The position numbers were made by a program, and so were the translations under genes. A DNA stretch of 64,000 nucleotides, taken from Bacillota bacterium. GTDB lineage: Bacteria > Bacillota > Clostridia > UBA1381. Position 1 is the stretch's first letter; the number at the start of each line of letters is the position of its first letter. The DNA is taken from the NCBI GenBank assembly GCA_024685565.1, contig JAIKVQ010000182.1, forward strand, positions 11,672 through 75,671. Reading direction: 5' to 3'. The notes under the pieces are model-generated. The model worked only from the letters and a program-made list of their open reading frames with translations. It was not told where the DNA came from and searched no databases. Below are positions 1 to 6,287 of the stretch, piece by piece.

Positions 1-575
1 ACAAACACGCTGTTGCATACGGCATCGACCGTGCAGCATTTAATCAGGGACAAAATGCTCTGTATAACTTTGCCGTTGAAGAAGAGCTTGAACCTACTAT
101 GGTTGCGAAAGGTCCGGGTGCTGTTGCGGAACCTACATACGAATCAAGCAAGAGCGGATACTTGGCAAGATTTTCAAAAGAAATAGCCTATACTCTTACG
201 GCAGAAGATTACAAAGATCCGCCCTGTATAAATGCAAACGAGACAGTTGAATATACAGTTAGAAGACTTACCCCGACCGAATGTGCGAGGCTTCAAGGGT
301 TTCCAGATTGGTGGTGTGCCGATCTTGAAACTGAAAAGCCGACCAATGACGATATTCTGTTCTGGCATAAAGTCTTTGAAGAATATCGACTTGCGACCGC
401 TCCCGACAAAAAAACGAAAACGGGTAAACAAATCATCAAATGGCTGAAAGCACCGTATTCGGATAGCGCGGAATATAAGATGTGGGGTAACGGCGTATGT
501 CTTAATATCGTAGCTATGGTTATGTTCGGCATAAAATGGGCCTATGAAAGCGAAAAAATAATAGGGAACGAATAA
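1..575 (+). CDS. DNA (cytosine-5)-methyltransferase, C-terminal part (5' end outside window)
   Basis: Frame open from nt 3. The tail carries the C5-MTase motif IX/X region (RRLTPTECARLQGFPDWW ... MWGNGV). The ATG at 99 is internal. Confidence 0.85.
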   Translation, partial: KHAVAYGIDRAAFNQGQNALYNFAVEEELEPTMVAKGPGAVAEPTYESSKSGYLARFSKEIAYTLTAEDYKDPPCINANETVEYTVRRLTPTECARLQGFPDWWCADLETEKPTNDDILFWHKVFEEYRLATAPDKKTKTGKQIIKWLKAPYSDSAEYKMWGNGVCLNIVAMVMFGIKWAYESEKIIGNE

Positions 576-585
576 AATCCGATCC

Positions 586-762
586 CTATTTGTCCGATAA
601 CTCTATTTTGCCGTGTATATCTTCAAACTCCGATATGCACTTTTTTATGAGGAATTCGATCTCCTTGTTTTTTGTCCGACCCTCTGAATCCGCAATGTAT
701 TCAAGCTTGTCAAGCAATGCCTTGGAAGTGCGGAGTGTAAATCTTGTTTGACTATCCTTCAT
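586..762 (-). CDS. small ribbon-helix-helix (Arc/CopG-like) protein, 58 aa, below the ORF-track cutoff
   Basis: Hand translation MKDSQTRFTLRTSKALLDKLEYIADSEGRTKNKEIEFLIKKCISEFEDIHGKIELSDK. N-terminal beta-strand plus two-helix pattern. GAGGAG SD about 6 nt upstream of the ATG. Confidence 0.5.
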   Translation of the reverse strand: MKDSQTRFTLRTSKALLDKLEYIADSEGRTKNKEIEFLIKKCISEFEDIHGKIELSDK

Positions 763-887
763 AACGACTCTCCTCTGACTAAATTATGACGCAGTATTGA
801 CTCAATTATACCATTCGTATATAATGTTGTGGAAAAATGACGCAGTTTTGACGCATATTTTTTCAAGGTTTTATGTGAGGTGGTTTT

Positions 888-1229
888 ATGAAGGTTGCAG
901 TTATAGGGTCAAGGAATTTACATATCGAGGAGCTTGGCAGTTATTTGCCGGAGGATACCGAAGAAATCGTAAGCGGAGGTGCAAAGGGCATTGACTCGGA
1001 TGCAAGGGAGTATGCCAAGGAGCATAATATTCCGCTCCGTGAGTTTCTTCCCGATTACAAAAGGTATAAAAGGGGCGCACCGTTTAGGCGTAATATGCAG
1101 ATTTGCGATTATGCCGATATTGTTTTGGCGTTTTGGAACGGCAGCTCCGGCGGTACAAAATATGTAATAGACTATTGCAAAAAGAATAATATTCCGGTAT
1201 CCGTTTTCGTTGTGGACTCTACACAATAA
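888..1229 (+). CDS. SLOG-fold protein (DUF2493 / DprA-like Rossmann domain)
   Basis: 113 aa with VIGSRN ... SGGAKGIDSDAREYA ... FWNGSSGGTKYV, the Gly-rich pattern of DUF2493-type SLOG proteins from phages and conjugative elements. Confidence 0.65.
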   Translation: MKVAVIGSRNLHIEELGSYLPEDTEEIVSGGAKGIDSDAREYAKEHNIPLREFLPDYKRYKRGAPFRRNMQICDYADIVLAFWNGSSGGTKYVIDYCKKNNIPVSVFVVDSTQ

Positions 1230-1258
1230 AAAACCGATATATTTGGTGTAATAAACAC

Positions 1259-1287
1259 TTGATAAGCCGTGCCCTTGACGGTAATAT
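1259..1287 (+). promoter_or_regulatory. promoter of repeated-cassette type (copy F)
   Basis: TTGATA (1259-1264), 17-nt spacer, TAATAT (1282-1287), then leader AAAGAAGGAGG and ATG at 1318. Same layout as the copy at 61004-61032. Confidence 0.6.
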
Positions 1288-1317
1288 GTGGCTACAAAAA
1301 AAGAAGGAGGTCACAAA

Positions 1318-2007
1318 ATGACAAGAACTTATTCAAAAATTAACTTTGATGTCAAAGGCACAAAACGAAAAGAACTCGTCAGCCTTATTTCAAATTTCAC
1401 AGGCTGCGAGGCAAAGTACAAAGGCGCACCGTCATTTGCCTACGAAGTGGATCGCTTCACCATCGACAAAAACGGAGCGGTCACATTTGACGACAGAGCG
1501 GACAGCGAGGTCATTGAAAGGTTGCTTGAAATGCTTTATGACAACGGCTTTACCGCAGAAAACGGCGACACGGAAAGTACTGCTCCGGGGACAGAATCAG
1601 AAGACATAGGGCTTTCTATTAACATTCCTATTGATAAGGTGAATGTTGAAAATATGGTAGCCTTGCTCAAAACCAAGGGCGACCTTATAAAAACGGCACT
1701 TGGTATAGATAATGTCGATGTTGTGCCGAAGGATGAACTGGTGGAGTTTCCTTGGTTCGGAGAGGTTAATGCCGAGGATGCAATGGCATATTCCCAATTC
1801 ATATCCGCTCTTTGTAGCTTTACAAAAAAGCAGACAAGGATAAACGCTGTATCTGCAAAAGCAGAGAATCCGAAATACGCATTCCGATGCTTCCTCTTAC
1901 GGCTCGGTTTCATTGGTGACGAGTATAAGAAGACAAGGAAGATCTTGCTCCGAAACCTTGAGGGAAGCTCCGCTTTTAAGAATGGAAGGAAAAACGAGGT
2001 GCAGTAA
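1318..2007 (+). CDS. conserved hypothetical protein, first gene of the amidoligase module; C-terminal LLRLGFIGDE motif
   Basis: Start moved from the track's GTG at 1288 to the ATG at 1318 (AGGAGG SD; matches the start of paralogue 61066..61758, MTQTNAKINF). N-terminal ~80 aa are nearly identical between the two copies. Confidence 0.7.
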   Translation: MTRTYSKINFDVKGTKRKELVSLISNFTGCEAKYKGAPSFAYEVDRFTIDKNGAVTFDDRADSEVIERLLEMLYDNGFTAENGDTESTAPGTESEDIGLSINIPIDKVNVENMVALLKTKGDLIKTALGIDNVDVVPKDELVEFPWFGEVNAEDAMAYSQFISALCSFTKKQTRINAVSAKAENPKYAFRCFLLRLGFIGDEYKKTRKILLRNLEGSSAFKNGRKNEVQ

Positions 2008-2008
2008 A

Positions 2009-2227
2009 ATGGCTGACAGATTTTTTTCGGTCACTAAATGTGACCGCTGTGGAGGCTCCCTTGAGGGCGGCAGAATAATGTCGATGTTTAACGAGGACTG
2101 CATTTGTATGGACTGTCATAAAAAAGAACGGGAGCTTCCAGAATTCAAACAAGCAGCCGATGCCGAGCTTGCGGAAATCAAGCGTGGGAATTACAATTTT
2201 CCGGGCATCGGATACCCGGAAAAATAG
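2009..2227 (+). CDS. small zinc-ribbon protein (CxxC ... CxxC)
   Basis: MADRFFSVTKCDRCGG...NEDCICMDCHKKE. The ATG overlaps the upstream stop region. Paralogue at 61751..61969. Confidence 0.65.
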   Translation: MADRFFSVTKCDRCGGSLEGGRIMSMFNEDCICMDCHKKERELPEFKQAADAELAEIKRGNYNFPGIGYPEK

Positions 2228-2338
2228 GTGTAATATACACAATAATACTTTTTATCATTGTGTAGTAATGGTATTACAATTAATCCTTTTCAGAGCTAAT
2301 ATGGACACAACAAAAGCAAAGAAAAGGAGATAAAAACA
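2228..2338 (+). promoter_or_regulatory. repeated regulatory cassette copy A (palindrome + promoter + leader)
   Basis: IR ATACACAAT(2234-2242)/ATTGTGTAG(2257-2265). -35 TTACAA 2274-2279, 17-nt spacer, -10 TAATAT 2297-2302. AAGGAG SD before the ATG at 2339. Confidence 0.6.
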
Positions 2339-3280
2339 ATGAACGAAAAGACAAGAAAATTCATCGAGGAAATGAAAAAGCAGACCATCGGGATTGAAAT
2401 CGAGATGGCAAACATCACAAGGGAAAAAGCCTGCAGAGTGGTTGCAAAATACTTCGGCACAGAGAACACAGTAAAGTACGAGCGCGGCGGTTACGACACT
2501 TGGAGTTGCAAGGACAACCAAGGCAGAACTTGGAGGATAACAAGGGACAGCAGCATAATAGCAAACAGCGATGCAGAAAAAGCCGAGCTTGGAACACCGA
2601 TCCTTACCTACGACGACATTGAGGACTTGCAAGAGATAGCAAGGCAGTTGAGACACGCCGGGGCGATTTCAAACCCCAGACACGGATGCGGAGTACATTG
2701 CCACATTGGAGCAAACGGACACAACCCCAAAACACTCCGAAACCTCGCAAACATCATGGCAAGCCACGAGGAGATTTTAGCAAAGGCATTAAGCATTGAC
2801 AACAACAGGCTTGAGCGTTGGTGCAAAAAGGTAGACAGAGAATTCCTTGAAAAGCTAAACCGCAGAAAACCCAAAACAATGGCGAAGCTTGCAGACCTTT
2901 GGTACCAAGGTGCATACGGCTCAAGAAGCGATCATTACAACAGCTCAAGATACAGAATGCTAAACCTCCACGCCACCTTCACAAAGGGTACGGTTGAATT
3001 CAGACTTTTCCAATTCGACAACCCTTCGGAAGGACGCAGAGGCGGCATTCACGCAGGACAGCTTAAAAGCTACATTCAAATTTGCCTCGCCCTTTCCCAA
3101 ATGGCAAAAACACAGAAATCGGCAAGCTCAAGACCACAACAGGACGAAAACCAAAGATACGCAATGAGAACTTGGCTCCTACGCCTCGGCTTCATCGGAG
3201 ACGAATTCAAAACAGCAAGGGAACTCTTTACAAAGCGACTCACGGGAGACACAGCCTTCAGAAACGGCAGACCCGCCTAA
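2339..3280 (+). CDS. putative amidoligase (glutamine-synthetase-like Amidoligase_2 family)
   Basis: 313 aa. Recognised from family memory (N-terminal GIEIEM..ITR, HCHIG, TVEFRLF blocks) and from the conserved neighbourhood with a GGCT gene. Paralogue at 62105..63046. Confidence 0.6.
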   Translation: MNEKTRKFIEEMKKQTIGIEIEMANITREKACRVVAKYFGTENTVKYERGGYDTWSCKDNQGRTWRITRDSSIIANSDAEKAELGTPILTYDDIEDLQEIARQLRHAGAISNPRHGCGVHCHIGANGHNPKTLRNLANIMASHEEILAKALSIDNNRLERWCKKVDREFLEKLNRRKPKTMAKLADLWYQGAYGSRSDHYNSSRYRMLNLHATFTKGTVEFRLFQFDNPSEGRRGGIHAGQLKSYIQICLALSQMAKTQKSASSRPQQDENQRYAMRTWLLRLGFIGDEFKTARELFTKRLTGDTAFRNGRPA

Positions 3281-3355
3281 AGCGGAACCTCCCGACACCA
3301 ACCCGCCCCGGCGGGCTTAAGGTGGTAGAAGAACGATTTGAAAGGAGATTTTTTT

Positions 3356-3826
3356 ATGAAAAACGAAAAAAGATACTACATCGCATACGGGAGCAACTTG
3401 AGCGTTACCCAAATGCATTGGCGTTGCCCCGATGCAAAGGTTGTAGGCAAAGGCGAATTGAATGATTGGAGGCTCCTTTTTAAGGGCAGCAAAACAGGCT
3501 CCTACCTAACTATTGAAAGGTGCAAAGGCAGCAAGGTTCCTGTTGCGGTATGGGAAGTCAGCGAAAGGGATGAGGCTGCACTTGACCGATATGAGGGCTA
3601 TCCATCCTTTTACTACAAAGAAGAGCTTACCTTCGAGTTTAGAAGCGTTATAACGGGCAAAAAGCACAAAGCGATAGTTTTCGTTTACATCATGCACGAG
3701 GACAGACCGCTCGGTATTCCATCAGAGCATTACCTAAAAATTTGTGCCGCAGGCTATTATCTTTTCAAATTCGATACAAAATACTTGAAAGAAGCCCTGC
3801 ACTATAGCGAGGAGGTGATGGAATGA
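3356..3826 (+). CDS. gamma-glutamylcyclotransferase (AIG2/GGACT-like)
   Basis: YIAYGSNL near the N-terminus and a downstream ...VAVWEV..RDEAALDRYEGYP block, typical of the GGCT fold. ATG 3356 lies 8 nt after AAAGGAG; the TTG at 3338 lies inside the SD. Paralogue at 63122..63589. Confidence 0.75.
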   Translation: MKNEKRYYIAYGSNLSVTQMHWRCPDAKVVGKGELNDWRLLFKGSKTGSYLTIERCKGSKVPVAVWEVSERDEAALDRYEGYPSFYYKEELTFEFRSVITGKKHKAIVFVYIMHEDRPLGIPSEHYLKICAAGYYLFKFDTKYLKEALHYSEEVME

Positions 3827-4029
3827 TGAAGAACGAAACACACGCAGAAACGGTATGCCCAAAATGCGGTAAGGTTTACTATGATGCACCTGCCCTTTCG
3901 AGAGCGGACAATGAAACCCTTATTTGCCCCGACTGCGGAATCCGAGAAAGTCTTTCCGTTTTCGGACTGAGCGAAGAAGAACAGGAACATATCATAAATA
4001 CCATTCATAGAACCTACAAAGCGCAATAA
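3823..4029 (+). CDS. small zinc-ribbon protein (CPKCG ... CPDCG)
   Basis: 68 aa with two CxxC pairs. Overlaps the GGCT stop. Paralogue at 63586..63786. Confidence 0.65.
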   Translation: MMKNETHAETVCPKCGKVYYDAPALSRADNETLICPDCGIRESLSVFGLSEEEQEHIINTIHRTYKAQ

Positions 4030-4035
4030 CTGCAC

Positions 4036-4155
4036 CATATTATACACAATTGCCGCTCTGAACATTTGTGTAGTAATGGTATTACATTTAATCCTTTTTA
4101 GAGTTAATATCACACTAACGAAAGGGCAAGAAGCCCGAAAAAGGAGGAAACAAAA
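4036..4155 (+). promoter_or_regulatory. repeated regulatory cassette copy B
   Basis: IR TATACACAAT/ATTTGTGTA. -35 TTACAT 4082-4087, 17-nt spacer, -10 TAATAT 4105-4110. Leader CACACTAACGAAAGGGCAAGAAGCCCGAAAAAGGAGGAAACAAAA then ATG. Confidence 0.6.
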
Positions 4156-4422
4156 ATGACAACATTCACAACCATCGAAAACCTTGACGAAAGACTTAGA
4201 CCCGCATACGATGCACTCATTCGCTACAAAGAGCACGTTTGCTTGGCAAGGCAAAACTACAAGGGCGAATACGAGGCGGAAATTTACGAGTTTATTGACG
4301 ACCCGGAGATTGACGGATTTCCCGAAATCGAATGCCGCATAGCATTGATTGAGAAGTCGGAAACAAAGTTCCCTGATAGCGGATCGGCAATAAAATGGTG
4401 CTTTGGAGTTCTTGAAAAATAA
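4156..4422 (+). CDS. hypothetical protein (88 aa), cassette gene
   Basis: ORF directly behind a conserved leader/SD and followed by a hairpin terminator. Confidence 0.6.
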   Translation: MTTFTTIENLDERLRPAYDALIRYKEHVCLARQNYKGEYEAEIYEFIDDPEIDGFPEIECRIALIEKSETKFPDSGSAIKWCFGVLEK

Positions 4423-4440
4423 GAAGAACGACAAAAGGCA

Positions 4441-4470
4441 AAGAGCCAATCAAGGCTCTTTTGCTCGTTT
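4441..4470 (+). terminator. rho-independent terminator (part of the repeat scaffold)
   Basis: AAGAGCC(4441-4447) loop GGCTCTT(4454-4460) followed by a T-rich tail. Confidence 0.6.
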
Positions 4471-4480
4471 GAAATTACGC

Positions 4481-4611
4481 ATAATATACACAAATACCGC
4501 TCCAAAATGTTGTGTAATATATATCTCAAAAATGACTTGATATATATCGTTTTTAGAGGTAATATCACACTAACAAAAGGGCAAGAAGCCCGAAAAAAGG
4601 AGGAAACAAAA
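4481..4611 (+). promoter_or_regulatory. repeated regulatory cassette copy C
   Basis: IR ATAATATACACAA/TTGTGTAATATAT. -35 TTGATA 4537-4542, 17-nt spacer, -10 TAATAT 4560-4565. Conserved leader with GGGCAAGAAGCCC hairpin. Confidence 0.65.
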
Positions 4612-5067
4612 ATGACAATGGATGAGAAATACCCAAGGCTTATAGGGTGTACGGAAAACGCTGAAACAGAGCTGCATAGCGTTAAAGAGGTTGCAGAGTT
4701 TATTTGCAAGAACGGGCTTGTAGAGGATTTGAAAATCCTAACACCAAGCGGAATGCAGTTTATAACGACCTTCGGACTTTTCCTTGACAAGATAGCGGAT
4801 TTGGAATACCGCACAGAGCTTCTCAAAATACTGATTCCGATGCAGAAGGAAATCGAAAAAGGAATATTTGGAGGAACGGATGAGGAGCGGATCGAAAAGG
4901 AGATAGTCGATTACCTTGAATCTGAACAATACGACATAGATGCGGCAATCGAAATAAGGTGGATACAGGAAAACGGCGGATGCACACCTTCAAGGGAATA
5001 CATAGAGGAACTCCTCAAAGAGCGGAAGCGCACCGAAATTGAAAAGGCGATAAAGGGGACGAATTAA
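4612..5067 (+). CDS. hypothetical protein (151 aa), cassette gene
   Basis: Start moved from the track's 4507 to the ATG at 4612, directly after the conserved AGGAGGAAACAAAA leader. The 4507 extension would read through the promoter cassette. Confidence 0.6.
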   Translation: MTMDEKYPRLIGCTENAETELHSVKEVAEFICKNGLVEDLKILTPSGMQFITTFGLFLDKIADLEYRTELLKILIPMQKEIEKGIFGGTDEERIEKEIVDYLESEQYDIDAAIEIRWIQENGGCTPSREYIEELLKERKRTEIEKAIKGTN

Positions 5068-5116
5068 AATAAAGGCTTTTAGGATAACGCTCCTGCAAAA
5101 GAACATCGAATAAAAG

Positions 5117-5147
5117 GCAAAGAGCCGAAAGAGGCTCTTTTGCTCGT
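5117..5147 (+). terminator. rho-independent terminator (repeat scaffold)
   Basis: GCAAAGAGCC / GGCTCTTTTGC hairpin with a T-rich tail. Near-identical to the one at 4441. Confidence 0.6.
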
Positions 5148-5148
5148 C

Positions 5149-5278
5149 ATAATATACACAATTTCCTTTCCGAATTATTGTGTAATATATATCTCGAAAA
5201 TGACTTGATATATAGTTGTTTTAGAGGTAATATCACACTAACAAAAGGGCAAGAAGCCCGAAAAAGGAGGAAACAAAA
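5149..5278 (+). promoter_or_regulatory. repeated regulatory cassette copy D
   Basis: IR ATATACACAAT/ATTGTGTAATAT. -35 TTGATA 5205-5210, 17-nt spacer, -10 TAATAT 5228-5233. Conserved leader. Confidence 0.65.
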
Positions 5279-5668
5279 ATGGCAGATTTATCAACAACTT
5301 ATGAGCTTTGGGATGAGCTCACAGAGGCACTTCACGGAACGGACAACGAATACCGCTACGGATTAAGCACAGATGGACTTCGGAGACCTTGCCTGGTTGA
5401 TTTTGAAACAAACACGGAAATCAAAGGCAACGAAGCGGTGCAGGAAGCCATCACAAAAATTATAGCAAAGGCAGACCTACAGGACTTCTTAAGCACTTTC
5501 GGATTCGGCATCAGCGTAGAGGAACTTGCGGAAAGGGCATACCGAAAATTGGATACACAAAGGCATAAGGTTTGCATAGTAAATTCCAGGTACCTTGAGG
5601 TGGACGGAACGACATTCCTTTTAAGCAAGAGCAAGAAGCACGGCGGCTGGATAGCCAAAGAAATCTAA
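5279..5668 (+). CDS. hypothetical protein (129 aa), cassette gene
   Basis: ATG directly after the conserved leader; followed by a hairpin. Confidence 0.6.
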   Translation: MADLSTTYELWDELTEALHGTDNEYRYGLSTDGLRRPCLVDFETNTEIKGNEAVQEAITKIIAKADLQDFLSTFGFGISVEELAERAYRKLDTQRHKVCIVNSRYLEVDGTTFLLSKSKKHGGWIAKEI

Positions 5669-5683
5669 ACGCAAAACAAAGCG

Positions 5684-5714
5684 GAGCGAGCCGAAAGGGG
5701 CTCTCTTCCTCGTT
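5684..5714 (+). terminator. probable terminator hairpin (repeat scaffold)
   Basis: GAGCC gaaagg GGCTC core with a flanking T/C-rich tail. Homologous position to the terminators at 4441 and 5117. Confidence 0.45.
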
Positions 5715-5715
5715 A

Positions 5716-5846
5716 TAAAATACACAATTTCCTCACCGAATTATTGTGTAATATATATCTCGAAAATGACTTGATATATAGTACATTTAGAGGTAATATG
5801 AACACAACAAAAGGGCAGAAAGCCCGGATTAAAAGGAGGAAACAAA
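5716..5846 (+). promoter_or_regulatory. repeated regulatory cassette copy E
   Basis: IR AAATACACAAT/ATTGTGTAATAT. -35 TTGATA 5771-5776, 17-nt spacer, -10 TAATAT 5794-5799. Leader variant GGGCAGAAAGCCC. Confidence 0.65.
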
Positions 5847-6107
5847 ATGCGTTACATTGACCACAGCAAATGCACATCAGCTTTTCAGAAAGGAGAAGAC
5901 CGCGAAATCAAGAGGCTTGGAAAACTCACAAGGACAGCCACAAGGATTGCAGAGCAGAACAAACTCGGAGTTTTGAAAAACCGCCAAGGCTACTTCAGAA
6001 TCATAAGAGAATGCGGACTTGGAGCTTACGAGGATTTCTTTTCCGACCTTGCAGAGGTTGACAGCTTTTTCAAAAACCTCGACAGCCACAAGGCAACAAA
6101 GTATTAA
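5847..6107 (+). CDS. hypothetical protein (86 aa), cassette gene
   Basis: ATG after an AAGGAGG leader; followed by two hairpins. Confidence 0.6.
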   Translation: MRYIDHSKCTSAFQKGEDREIKRLGKLTRTATRIAEQNKLGVLKNRQGYFRIIRECGLGAYEDFFSDLAEVDSFFKNLDSHKATKY

Positions 6108-6123
6108 TAAAAACGAAAACAAC

Positions 6124-6181
6124 GGAGCGGGCCGAGAGGCTCTGTTCCTCATTATACACAAGACCGCAAGGTCTATTTTTT
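6124..6181 (+). terminator. two consecutive terminator hairpins upstream of terL
   Basis: GGGCC gaga GGCTC (about 6128-6143), then AGACC gcaa GGTCT (6161-6174) plus ATTTTTT. Confidence 0.5.
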
Positions 6182-6287
6182 ATGCTCGTAAAAAGGGGGT
6201 TATATCATACGAAAATTAAAAAAATACACACCGACGCGGTTCTGTGCAAAGGACTCGGTTTACGATAAAGATGCGGCAGACTATGCC

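Noticed and set aside
99-575. ATG at 99 as the start of a complete 158-aa protein
   Set aside because: The frame is open to the window edge, and the sequence is only the C-terminal motif IX/X part of a C5-MTase. The gene is truncated by the window.
1288-1317. Track start codons that extend ORFs upstream: 1288, 4507, 62057, 52147, 58102, 56896, 42721..44529 and 31816..32217
   Set aside because: Each extension reads through a promoter, leader or upstream gene and lacks an SD. An internal ATG or GTG with a good GGAGG-type SD, and paralogue agreement where available, was preferred.
4030-6185. Integron-like gene cassette array (hairpins as attC sites)
   Set aside because: There is no IntI-type tyrosine integrase nearby. 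Every unit carries its own promoter and terminator, whereas integron cassettes are promoterless. The repeats are conserved in sequence rather than only in structure.
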